64,000 nucleotides of DNA from Octopus vulgaris (GCA_951406725.2 OX597838.1:36022001-36086000); one strand, 5' to 3'; counted from the first letter of the stretch, positions 40,009 to 52,155 are shown. Notes: generated by a model from the letters alone, not told the origin. A program made the numbers and translations.

Positions 40009-40819
40009 GACTTGAAACCTGGACCCATGCTGCCCCCTCCCCCTGATCCTTCGGTGCCTTTAGCAAGAGCCAATGATGTTGCAAGCATCTGGGCAGGCTG
40101 GGTCTCTAGGTTGAGGATATTTTCCTCCCGCCTTCCCATCCGTCTCTGAGTTTATGAAGTGAGTCATGGATACTACTTTCCCACCTGACTAAAAAATTAA
40201 AAAAAAAAACAAAAAGAAAAATAAAAAAAAAAAACCCCCAAATAACCCAATTCTAATGCTGTGAACTTCACACTTTTAATTAGATATACTTAGGCTGTGA
40301 GAAAATAATAATATTAACGCAATTAGTATTTTAATTACTTCAGCAAGTATTGATTAAAATTCTATTAGTCATTAAGCCAATGTTGTCTTTTCCTCCTCAT
40401 ATCATTATAATCTATTTAGATTTTAGATGTTCTTTTACATTAATTATGTTAATTATTGGCTTAGATGTTTTTTACATTAATTATGTTAATTATTGACTTT
40501 CTTGCTCAGTGATATTTATACATTCTTGTGCATGTGCTTTTGACTATTCTTACAGCTAACTTGTACCATTTTCATCATCAACATTTGATATCCATGTCCC
40601 TTGTTGGCATGGGGTGGATGGTTTGACAGGACCTGATGGGCCCAAGGACTGCATCATGATCTAATATCTGCTTTGGCATGGTTTCTACAGCTGGATGCCC
40701 TTCCTAATGCCAACCACTTTATAATGTGTATTGGGCCCCCTTTTTTTGTGCCACCAGCACTAGTGATATTACAGTGCAGCTCCCAAGACTATGAAACCCA
40801 AAGCATGCTGGAGGGCAGT

Positions 40820-41436
40820 TTAATCCTTTAGCATTCAAACTGGCCCCATCCAGCCCAAATATTTTACTTTGTTAAAACTGGCCGAATCTGGCCCCTCACA
40901 CCTTCCTCACAATGTCATTCTAAAAGTTAACATCATCAAAATCTGGAAGTTACCAGGTAATCTATATATATAAAAGTGAGGTTGTGTGCTGTCTGTCTCC
41001 TACGATTTAGATTTCTAACTACTCCCACATTTTGCGATGCAGTTTAACCAAAAGCGGGTATCTTATAGTCGTGATTCATATCGAGCCCTTCTGGGTATTA
41101 GCGCGCATCTACGATGAGTCTACGATTAAAAAAAAATTTACCATCATTTTTTCCCATTTTTAATGCATTTTTTTGCTATTATATAAGGGAAGTAACTCTC
41201 TAAAAATGTATTATTAAATCTCAGAACGTAAAAAGCTACAGTAACACCCCCTCCCTTTGTGGTTAGCCATATTGAGATGGCTATTATACTTTACACCTCT
41301 AAAAATGCTTATATAGTTATTTCCCTTACAAACCCGAGCAATGCCGGGCGATGCTGCTAGTTCATGATTAAATTAAAACAATGTGAATCAATAAACATTA
41401 CATTTGACAAAAGACATCTAAATGCTAAAAGGTTAA
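40820..41436 (+). mobile_element. Second TTAA-type MITE family, interrupted by a Helitron
   Basis: TTAA-tcctttagcatt ... aatgctaaaagg-TTAA; relatives at about 12368-12990 and 47157-47740. Confidence 0.7.
40961..41360 (+). mobile_element. Non-autonomous Helitron
   Basis: A|TCTATATATATAAAA 5' end, subterminal hairpin cccg-agcaatgc-cggg, CTAG|T 3' end, AT target, no TSD. Confidence 0.85.
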
Positions 41437-41633
41437 AATATGAACAAAGATGGGAAGTGTGTTTTTTATTTGAATTAATTACAAACAGGATAATTGACTT
41501 TATTAGGATTAGCAAACTCACTGACGTGGCTGACAAAACACCTTGTGTAGTTTATCAATGGTTCTTTATATACTGAGTTCAATTCCTGCCAAGGGTTGTG
41601 GATTTTTGTCTTACATCTTTCTGCAAATTCAAT

Positions 41634-42059
41634 AGGTGCAGGAGTGGCTGTGTGGTAAGTAGCTTGCTAGCCAACCACATGGTTCCGGGTTCAGTCTCAC
41701 TGCGTGGCATCTTGGGCAAGTGTCTTCTGCTATAGCCCCAGGCCGACCAATGCCTTGTGAGTGGATTTGGTAGACAGAAACTGAAAGAAGCCTGTCGTAT
41801 ATATGTATATATATATATATGTGTATGTGTGTGTATGTGTTTGTGTGTCTGTGTTTGTCACCCTAGCATTGCTTGACAACCGATGCTGGTGTGTTTGCGT
41901 CCCCGTCACTTAGCGGTTCGGCAAAACAGACCGATAGAATAAGTACTGGGCTTACAAAAAAAAAATAAGTCCCGGGGTCGATTTGCTTGACTAAAGGCGG
42001 TGCTCCAGCATGGCCGCAGTCAAATGACTGAAACATGTAAAAGAGTAAAGAGTAAGAGT
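41634..42059 (+). mobile_element. SINE-A
   Basis: Matches consensus. Confidence 0.9.
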
Positions 42060-42084
42060 AGAATAACTACCAGTCAATTATTAG

Positions 42085-42302
42085 TTTCAAATTCTGACCC
42101 ACGAACAGCAAAATAGGGCAATGGGGTAAGTCGATTACATCGACCCCCCCAGTGTTCAACTGGTCCTTATTTTATCGACCCCAAAAGGATGAAAGACAAA
42201 GTCAACTTTGGTGGCATCTGAAATCAGAAAGCTTACTGAAAAGAAATATTGCTAAGCATTTTTCCCTGGCATGCTAATGATTCTACGAGCTTGCCACCTT
42301 AA
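42085..42302 (-). mobile_element. SINE-B diverged
   Basis: Core motif present. Confidence 0.7.
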
Positions 42303-42304
42303 AA

Positions 42305-42640
42305 AGGATAAAGCCCTTTCCTGAGTCATATGGACTCATAGGACCAGTTTCCTGGTTTCTGCTGCCTGTATATTCAACCCCTGGATGGAATGCCAGTCTG
42401 TCGCACTTGTACTCATTTTTGCTAGCCGAGTGAACTGGCACAATGTGGAATCACGAAGTCATGCTTGTACTTATAACTCTGTAAAAAATCATAATTGTAA
42501 TTAGCAAAGTAATTCATTAACGTATGTCATTAATTGACTTATTTTACTCAAGAACACGACATGACATCCAGTCCAGGAATTGAAACCACAATCTTACAAT
42601 CATGAGCCTAACACCCTAACCAGTAAGCCATAAACCTCCA
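42305..42640 (-). mobile_element. SINE-E variant carrying a ~95-bp templated insertion (42450-42545)
   Basis: Reverse complement of the 36090 type on both sides of the insert. Confidence 0.7.
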
Positions 42641-43066
42641 CACTACCATCCAAATATTGCAAGTGATATCAGTGACAGTTTCATTTATCCACTGTCTTGA
42701 TATCATACATAATATCGCTGTTATTGTTGTCATCGTCATCATCATCGTCTTAACATTTACTTACCCATGCATTCATGGCTTAGGCTGAATTTGTTGAAAC
42801 AGATTTTTCTGCAGTTGGATACCCTTCCTGTTGCCAACCCTCACCTGTTCCCCAAGTAAAGTAGTATTTCCCCATGGCCAGACATGTTTTCATGGAAGAT
42901 TGGAAATAGAGGACACTGCTCGCATCTACAACCATCGAGCTATGTCGAAACAAGGAAAGAGCAACACACAAATGTTCACACACACACACACACACACACA
43001 CACATGCATAATTATGCATGCAAGTAATTATATATACATATATATGTACATATACATACACACACA

Positions 43067-43314
43067 CATCATCATCATCATCATCATTGTTTAGCGTCCG
43101 TTTTCCATGCTAGCATGGGTTGGACGGTTCGACTGGGGTCTGGGAAGCCAGGAGGTTGCACCAGGCTCCAGTCTGATCTGGCAGTGTTTCTACAGCTGGA
43201 TGCCCTTCCTAATGTCAACCACTCCGTGAGTGTAGTAGGTCCTTTTTACGTGCCACCGGCACAGGTGCCAGGCGTGAGTCTGGTAACGGCCACGATCGGT
43301 TGGTGCTTTTTACG
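43067..43314 (-). mobile_element. SINE-C
   Basis: (CAT)n tail and body. Confidence 0.85.
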
Positions 43315-43450
43315 TTTACACGAATGTAAATACATATATACACATGTAAATACATATATGCTTGTGTATATAAAACATACACCCCCACCACATATATATA
43401 TATATAAGATTTGTCAAACCAAGTGGAATTTCTATTGTGGCCTTTGCAAG
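43315..43450 (+). repeat. Left arm of an inverted repeat (partner 44164-44304)
   Basis: tttacacgaatgtaaatac...tttgtcaaaccaagtg...tgtggcctttgcaag is the reverse complement of 44164-44304. Confidence 0.9.
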
Positions 43451-43658
43451 TGTCACGTAAAGGGCACCCATGCCAGTGGCACATAAAATACATCCATTAC
43501 ACTCGTGGAGTGGTTGGCATTAGGAAAGGCATCCAACGGTAGAAACCAAACCAAAATCAGACTGGAACCTGGTGCAACTCTCTGGCTTACCAGTTCCATT
43601 CAAACCGTGTGACCCATGCCAAAATGGAAAGTGGATGTTAAATGACGATGATGATGAT
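43451..43658 (+). mobile_element. SINE-C, older variant
   Basis: gtggcacataaaa...ggcattaggaaaggcatcc...gttaaatgacgatgatg. Confidence 0.75.
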
Positions 43659-43668
43659 AAATACATAG

Positions 43669-43703
<35 letters not shown>

Positions 43704-43939
43704 CTTCTTTCAGTTTCCATCCAAATTCAGTTGCAAGGCTTTGTGGCTCTAGTAGAAAACACTTGACCATTGTGCCGTGTGGTGAGACCAAGATGAAAAC
43801 CATTCAGCAGAGAAGCACACTTCTTATCACAAAGTCATACTTGTACTTATAACTCTGTAAAAAAAATCATAATTGTAATTAGCAAAGTAATTCATTAACG
43901 TATGTCATTAATTGACTTATTTTTCTTTATGTTTTTCAG

Positions 43940-44038
43940 GTATTCCCCAGACGAAATTGAACACAAAGTGTCAATGTTTCGTAAGATGCTGATGGAAAAA
44001 GAGGGAGTCAACGAGTCAGTGAATGAACAATCTCTAAG
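43940..44038 (+). CDS. SRRM2: Internal coding exon of an SRRM2/3/4 (Srrm234, SRm300/Cwc21-like) splicing factor; C-terminal half of the Cwf21 domain
   Basis: Polypyrimidine tract + CAG acceptor (ttttctttatgtttttcag|G) and donor AG|GTATAT; 99 nt, phase 2-2; (G)YSPDEIEHKVSMFRKMLMEKEGVNESVNEQSL resembles human SRRM2 GYEEQQIQEKVATFRLMLLEKDVN as I recall it. The donor position is less certain than the acceptor. Confidence 0.85.
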
Positions 44039-44163
44039 GTATATAGTGTTGCTTTATCATTCTTTAGTCATTGATTAATTGATTACCGGACACACAGACA
44101 GAAACAAAAGAATGGCAAAACAAAACGATAAAGGAAGAAAGAAAAACATTAAATAAATATATT

Positions 44164-44304
44164 CTTGCAAAGGCCACAATAGCAATTTCACTTGGTTTGA
44201 CAAATCTTATGTATATATATATATGTGTGTGTGTGTGTGTATGTTTTATATACACAAGCATATATGTATTTACATGTGTGTATATGTATTTACATTCGTG
44301 TAAA
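44164..44304 (-). repeat. Right arm of the inverted repeat (partner 43315-43450)
   Basis: Direct comparison, few mismatches. Confidence 0.9.
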
Positions 44305-44321
44305 TGTAAAAAATAAATATT

Positions 44322-44740
44322 AGCGCAGGAGTGGCTTGTGTGGTAAGTAGCTTGCTTACTAACCAAATGGTTCCGGGTTCAGTCCCACTGCATGGCATCT
44401 TGGGCAAGTGTCTTCTGCTATAGCCCTGGGCCGACCAATGCCTTGTGAGTGGATTTGGTAGACGGAAACTGAAAGAAACCTGTCGTATATATGTATATAT
44501 ATGTATGTATGTATGTGTATGTATATGTTTGTGTGTCTGTGTTTGTCCCCCTAGCATTGCTTGACAACCGATGCTGGTGTGTTTACGTCCCTGTCACTTA
44601 GCAGTTCGGCAAAAGAGACCGATAGAATAAGTACTGGGCTTACAAAAGAATAAGTCCCGGGGTCGATTTGCTTGACTAAAGGCGGTGCTCCAGCATGGCC
44701 GCAGTCAACTGACTGAAACAAGTAAAAAAGAGTGAAGAGT
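44322..44740 (+). mobile_element. SINE-A
   Basis: Matches consensus. Confidence 0.9.
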
Positions 44741-44741
44741 A

Positions 44742-45175
44742 AGCCAGGCAAAACGCTTAATGATATTTTGTCTGCCATGAGGTTCTGAGTTCAAATTTTG
44801 CTGGGGTTGGCTTTGCCTCTCGCCCTTTCAGGGTCGATAAAAATGAGTATCAGTCGATATTTTTAAGATGGCCAGCTAGCAGAAATGTTAGCATGCTGGG
44901 CAAAATGCTTAGCAGTATTTCGTCTGTCTTTACGTTCTGAATTCATTTTCCTCCGAGGTCGACTTTACCTTTCATTCTTTCTGGGCTGATAAATTAAGTA
45001 CCAGTTGCATACTGGGGTTGATTCAATTGACTGCCCCACCTCCAAAAAAAAAATTTCGGACCTTGTGCCTAGAGTAGAAAAGAAAAAATAAGTATCAGTT
45101 GAACACAGGGGTTGATGTAGTCGACTTAGCCCCATCGCCCCCAAAATGCCGGTCTTGTGCCACAATTTGAAAGCA
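44742..45175 (+). mobile_element. Cluster of SINE-B fragments
   Basis: Two cores plus tails. Confidence 0.7.
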
Positions 45176-45818
45176 ATATTATTAGCTGTGTATCTCAGTC
45201 TCTCTCTCTTTCTTTCTCTCTCTCTGCCCCTCCCTCTCTCTATTTGTTTGCTCATTATCTTATCATGCACTTCAAAGAAAATTAGTTACTGTGATACTTT
45301 CGCTAATTCTGAATCTCTGACCGGTCACTTAATTAGCTCAGTACTCCGCAGAAAAGTACGCTGGGAGACTAACAATTCATGTATAAACTGCATAAAGTTC
45401 TATGTATCTGTAGGTATGCATATGTATATATGTATATATTTATGTGTGTATATATATGTGTGTATATATATATATATGTATATATAGCCATTATGAGGAT
45501 ATATAAACATCTTATAGAGATAGTTTTATCCAAAATATGTGGTTTAGTATATTATAATTTAAAGGCATATATTATACAATTATCAAATATTATTAAGAAA
45601 ATGGAGAGATATAATGGATATAAATTAATTTTTAATTAACATTGCCTACAATCATTTTAATTTACACTCAATACAAATTACAAATTACAAAATATAATAA
45701 AATAATTTTGCATTTTTTAAGATTTTGAGTGAAATATCTTTAGGGCATAAAGGACATTACAGAATTTATATGTGAACCAGTTGAGGTACATATATATATA
45801 TGAAATAATATGTGTGTT

Positions 45819-45869
<51 letters not shown>

Positions 45870-45928
45870 GTAGCCACTACACACATTTCTTTCTCTCTGT
45901 GTTTCTCTCCTTGTTTCTTTCTGTGCTC

Positions 45929-45964
45929 CTTTCTGTAGAAGAGCGTAGGCTCGAAACGTAAAAG
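45929..45964 (+). ncRNA. Minimal hammerhead-like motif (A6U variant)
   Basis: CUUU-CUGUAGA-A-GAGC-guag-GCUC-GAAAC-GUA-AAAG. Confidence 0.5.
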
Positions 45965-46191
45965 ACTTTTTTACTTCTTCCCAAACTTTATACTAACACA
46001 TCTGTTTGTTTTCTACACCACCTGCCTTCGTCTTTTGTTTTTTCATGAATTCTCCCTATATATATATCTATATATGTATATAGGCATATACGTATATTAA
46101 TATATGTATATTTTCAAAATGTGACTTCGTGTGTACCGTTGGCAATTTTTTTTCCTCTGTCTTCCCTTCGCTGGATCTTTCCTTCTCCTAT

Positions 46192-46226
46192 GTTTCTGAT
46201 GAAGAGCTCCGCTCGAAACATTAAAC
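46192..46226 (+). ncRNA. Minimal hammerhead-like motif
   Basis: GUUU-CUGAUGA-A-GAGC-ucc-GCUC-GAAAC-AUU-AAAC. Confidence 0.55.
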
Positions 46227-46363
46227 CCTCCTTCTTTCCTGAGCGTCCAATAATACTATATTTGTTCCATGTCCTCGCATTGTGTTTTTTTGTGTTTTCT
46301 TGTTTGGATTAACTTAATATATGTATATATATATAGGTGTGTGTTTATATATATATATATCAT

Positions 46364-46695
46364 GTATATGGCTCAGTGGTAAGAGCGTCGAGCTTACGAT
46401 CGTGAGGTTGTGAGCTCGAATCCCGGACCGGGCTGCGTGTTGTGTTCTTGAGCAAGGCACTTTATTTCACGTTGCTCCAGTTCACTCAGCTGTAGAAATG
46501 AGTTGCGACGTCACTGGTGCCGAGCTGTATCGACCTTTGTCTTTCCCTTGGATAACACTGGTGGCGTGGAGAGGGGAGGCTGGTATGCATGGGCGACTGC
46601 TGGCCTTCCATAAACAACCTTGCCCGGACTTGTGTCTAGGAGGGTAACTTTCTAGGTGCAATCCCATGGTCATTCATGACTGAAGGGGGTCTTTA
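46364..46695 (+). mobile_element. SINE-E, tRNA-derived CORE-like SINE, full-length
   Basis: A box TGGCTCAGTGG, B box GAGCTCGAATCCC, gtgttcttgagcaaggcactttatttcac...aaatgagt central domain. Confidence 0.8.
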
Positions 46696-47282
46696 CCCTT
46701 ATATTATGTATATATGTATGTATGTATTTGTATATACACATGTATATGCTTATACATGTGTGTGTGTATATATACACGTATACACACACACATATGTGTG
46801 TGTGTGTACCTGTGTGTGTTTGTGTTATACAGTTTGTGAATTTTTTTTTTATAAAGAAAAGCATCTACTTTATTCCTTTTGATTCTGTTCAGTATAGTTT
46901 GCCACCGGTAATTAATTACTATGAAACTGCATGTTTATTGCCACCAGTGGAGATATTTCTGTATTTCTACCACGGGTAACCACTCGTATATAAATGCAAA
47001 AAAAAAAAAAAAAAAAAAATTGCCAAGAATTTTATAAATTAACATGTTTTTCAGATTTTCTTTAGCAGTAAATGCTGTGCCATAGTTGTTTTGTCTACGG
47101 CTTATTCTACAACAACATAGTCATCAGCATTTTTTTACATTTAATCAAATATTTTTAGCCCTGTAGCATTTAAGCAGGCCACATCAGACCCAAAGATTCC
47201 TCCTTGTTTTATGTTCAGACTGGCTAGGTCTAACCTCTTGCACCTACCCTACAATGTCGTTCTAAAAATAAACATACGTATC

Positions 47283-47687
47283 AGGCGCAGGAGTGGCTGT
47301 GTGGTAAGTAGCTTGCTAACCAACCACATGGTTCCAGGTTCAGTCCCACTGCATGGCATCTTGGGCAAGTGTCTTCTGCTATAGCCCCGGGCCGACCAAT
47401 GCCTTGTGAGTGGATTTGGTAGACGGAAACTGAAAGAAGCCTGTCGTATATATATATATGTATGCGTGTGTGTTTGTGTGTCTGTGTTTGTCCCCCTAGC
47501 ATTGCTTGACAACCGATGCTGGTGTGTTTGCGTCCCCGTCACGTAGCAGTTCGGCAAAAAGAGACCGATAGAATAAGTACTGGGCTTACAAAGAATAAGT
47601 CCCGGGGTCGATTTGCTCGACTAAAGGCGGTGCTCCAGCATGGCCGCAGTCAAATGACTGAAATAAATAAAAGATAAAGATAAAAGA
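47283..47687 (+). mobile_element. SINE-A, inserted in a MITE
   Basis: Matches consensus. Confidence 0.9.
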
Positions 47688-47769
47688 TCATCAAAATCTC
47701 AAAGCTACAAGATAATGCATTACATTTGACAGAGGAATCTGATTACTGAGTAATCTGATCCAGATTATT

Positions 47770-48318
47770 CTAGTTTTCTATATTTAAGAGATGAGGAATT
47801 ATGTACATTGTTTACATTTGACGGATATTTGTCCTCATCTTTGTTGTTAACACATTTCAGCTGATATACCCTCCAGCCTTCATTAGGTGCCTTGAGGAAA
47901 TTTTGAACCTGGGTTCTCATTCCTAAGGTATTTTTCGATGTTGTTGTTATTATTATTGCTATTATTCAGGTCACTGCCTGGAATTGAACTCGTTGTTGTT
48001 GTTATTATTATTGTTATCATTATTATTATTATTATTCTATGTTTGACTTTTGCTTTATGTCTGTACAAGTTGGCTCCAAGTCTCACCCAGAGACCTCAAG
48101 TGACAACAGGTTGGAAGTTCACGTTGTTGTTATGCCTAGTGTGCCATATATTTGGTGTTTTTTTTGGTGTTGTACTAGTGAATGTCTAATACATAAATTT
48201 AAAAAAAAAAAAAATTATTATTATTATTATTATTATTATTAGAATTATTACTACCTGGAATCAAACTCGGAATCTTGGGGTTAACAGCCAACACTCATAA
48301 CCAGTACACCATATGCCC
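47770..48318 (-). mobile_element. tRNA-headed SINE-like element with a degenerate hammerhead motif, interrupted by another repeat
   Basis: Minus strand head tggtgtactggtt...ggcTGTTAAcc...gagtttgattcc; hammerhead-like CUaAUGA-A-GGCUG...CAGCu-GAAA at 47889-47851. Confidence 0.55.
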
Positions 48319-48361
48319 ACTGGCAAATGGTGTCAAAATATGCCAGTGTCAAAATGATATA

Positions 48362-48670
48362 CATCATCATCATCATCATCATTTAACATCCGTTTTCTAT
48401 GCTAGCATGGGTTGGACGATTTGACTGAGGACTGGTGAACCAGATGGCTGCACCAGGCTCCAATCTGATCTTGCAGAGTTTCTACAGCTGGATGCCCTTC
48501 CTATCACCAATCATTCCGGGAGTGTAGTGGGTGATTTTTATGTGCCACCGACACAGGCCAGAGGAGGCTGGCAATGGCCATGATCGGTTGGTGCTTTTTA
48601 CGTGTCACCAGCACGGGTATCACAACTACAATTTCTATTTGATTTTTATTTTGATGTTGATGTACTTGAC
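48362..48670 (-). mobile_element. SINE-C
   Basis: (CAT)n tail and body. Confidence 0.8.
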
Positions 48671-48881
48671 TGTTTAAAATACAGGTACACAAGCCAAGAT
48701 ACGTGGGTTTTTTTGTGTCCTGTACCCATATATGCCTGTATATATCCACATAGATGTAGGTATGTACATATATGTATGTATATATGCATGTGTTTTTATT
48801 ATTTTGTTATTATACATGGGTATAATGTTTTATACATGAGCACAATGATATGGATGCATGTATATTTGTGTGTGTACATGC

Positions 48882-48913
<32 letters not shown>

Positions 48914-49050
48914 CATCTCTGGTGAACTGATGAGCTTTTGGTATTACTTAACCACATGGTTATCTAATATCTGATGTGAAACAGATTGATAAAAATCAGG
49001 TGATACGGGTCTACAATACTGTATACTTTGATTAATACATACAAATACAC

Positions 49051-49144
<94 letters not shown>

Positions 49145-49473
49145 ATATACACATACACATACACAGTGCACTTGTGTAGGATTGTGTGTGTATATATATA
49201 TAAAAACGTTTTTGTCAATGATTGAATGTGTGTGTGTGTATGTGTGTGTCTGTGTGTATCATGTGTGTGCGTGTGTATATCATGTGTGCATGTGTGTTTG
49301 TGTGTGTGTGTGTGTATAATATTATGCTTATATACAAAACCACATTATTCATACATGCAAGTTTACCATCAATTTATACACACATTTATACATACATAGC
49401 TACATACACACACACATACATGTAAACTAACATAGTGTATTCATACACACAAATACACACTCACACACCTAAA

Positions 49474-49516
<43 letters not shown>

Positions 49517-50470
49517 TCATGCACAAATATACAGTAATTATATCATACAGTCAGCCATGCTTGACCAAGACAAGCCCAGCCCAGTCTAGCATGGCCCAGC
49601 CCAGTGAAATTCAACCAACCAAACCAAAAGCATCCCAGCCCATTCTAGGCCAGCCAAGCCGAACTGAGTTGAGTTGGGACCAACCCTACCCAGCCCAAGA
49701 CCAAAGCCAACAGAAGCCAAAGCCAAGCCCAGCCCAACGCCTCTATCCAAACCTGTTCAGTCCAACTGACCGGCACTACGTACCACCTCTCCACTTTTTA
49801 ATTCAGATTTCTTTTTCTTTTTTTTTTGGTTGTGTGGTCTTCTCTTTCCTAACCGCCTCCCCTGTCCCTCATAGATTATTTTTCTGCAGTACACCTATTA
49901 CATCTTTGGAACAGTATCTATAATCAAATTGCAATGTGAATTGTAAATGGAAGAGATTCGGCTTTAGAATGATTTTACATTTTGTTATGATTCAATTTCC
50001 TACATAAGACTCGACAGAATAAAACACCTTTAGAATTTCGAGAAGATGTACACACACACACACACACACATACACACACACACACAATCATACATATGTA
50101 TATATATGTGTATATATACATGCATATATACATATATACATGATAAATGTGGAGCAAAAAATAATGAATAAAATTTACAAATTAAGAGGAAAAAATCTAA
50201 TTAGAATGGATATCATGATTTTTTTTTGTTTTTTTTTTTGTTAGTGGTGGTGAAGGCTGGATGTCTTTATTGTTGTTGTTGGTGTAGCTTGTTCGATTAC
50301 CTTTTTCTTTTTTTACTCTTTTTCTTTTTGTTTTGTTTTGTTTTTTTAAATTTTTTTCTTCGTTTTCTTTCCCTCATCTATCTTTCTTCTCTCCTCTCTC
50401 AATATATTTTTTAATGTTTTCACCCCTCCCCCCCTCTCAGTGTATATTGGCATTTCTTGTTATCATTGTC

Positions 50471-50494
50471 ATTGCTTGACTGTTGTTGTTGTTG

Positions 50495-50531
<37 letters not shown>

Positions 50532-50550
50532 GATATTTCTGTGCATGTGT

Positions 50551-50601
<51 letters not shown>

Positions 50602-50677
50602 TACACACATGCACAGAAATATCTATATATACACACACACATACACACACACACAACAACAACAACAGTCAAGCAAT
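50471..50677. repeat. About 205-bp fold-back palindrome centred on (TA)n
   Basis: attgcttgactgttg...agatatttctgtgcatgtg vs cacatgcacagaaatatct...caacagtcaagcaat. Confidence 0.9.
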
Positions 50678-50750
50678 ATATATATATATATATATATATA
50701 TAAGTGTGTGTGTATGAATTTATGTGTGTGTGTATGTATGTACATGTGCA

Positions 50751-50793
<43 letters not shown>

Positions 50794-50809
50794 TGTGTAT
50801 AAATTGATA

Positions 50810-50848
<39 letters not shown>

Positions 50849-51029
50849 CTGAGTGTGTGTATATATGTGTGTGTGTGTGTAGTTGCTGGCAATGTATTTA
50901 TGAGTTCCTGAAGTGTGGGTGCTTTGCAAGTATTTCTTTCTGACTTCATTTTCATTTTGGGTTTTTAAGATTCTAGCTGTTGGTGTTCTCTGGGGGTGTG
51001 GTGTTGTTCTTGCTAACAACTAAAAAAGT

Positions 51030-51165
51030 TACGACAACCACCACCACCACCACCACCACTTCCTCTGCCACTACTGCTATTGCTGCCACTACTACTACTA
51101 CTACTACTACTACAACCCACACCATCACTACTACATCTGTCACCACTACCACCACCACCACCACC

Positions 51166-51196
<31 letters not shown>

Positions 51197-51422
51197 TTGC
51201 TGTTGCTACTACTACTACTACTTCTACTACAACCCATACCATCACTACTACTTCTGTCACCACTACCACCACCAATACCACCACCACCACTACTAATACT
51301 ACTACTACTACTACTATTGCTGTTGTTACTACTACTACTACTACTACTACTACAACCCACACCATCACTACTACTTCTGTCACCACTACCACCACCACCA
51401 CCACCACCACCACCACCACCAT

Positions 51423-51462
<40 letters not shown>

Positions 51463-51571
51463 GTTGCTACTACTACTACTACTGTTGCTACTACTACTAC
51501 TACTACAACCCACACCATCACTACTACTTCGGTCACCACTACCACCACCACCACCACCACCACCACCACCA

Positions 51572-51622
<51 letters not shown>

Positions 51623-51775
51623 GTTGCTACTACTACTACTAATACAACCCACACCATCACTACTACTTCGGTCACCACTACCACCACCACCAACACCATC
51701 ACTACTACTACTACTACTACTATTGCTGTTGCTACTACTACTGCTGCTGCTACTACTACTACTACAACTACAAGT
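51030..51775. repeat. (ACT/ACC)n minisatellite with ~120-bp higher-order unit
   Basis: acaacccacaccatcactactacttctgtcacc recurs 5 times. Confidence 0.9.
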
Positions 51776-52014
51776 ATTATTAGGATTCTTCTTGATGTTT
51801 ATGTGGTTGATTTTGGAGACTTGAGGAAACTTGAGGAAACGTATCAATATGGTGGTGTACACACACACACACACAGGCGTAGACATACATGTGTGCATGC
51901 CATGCATGGCCACCCAAAGTAACCCATACGTAAGAGTATTAAAAATATGAACACACAACACACACACACACCCATGTATACATGAAGCAATATACCAGGT
52001 ACATTTCATGGATA

Positions 52015-52047
<33 letters not shown>

Positions 52048-52123
52048 CCATGAATATATATATAATGTATATATTATATATATATTATATATATATAGGT
52101 AGATGGTAAAGGTAGATTGTAAG

Positions 52124-52155
<32 letters not shown>

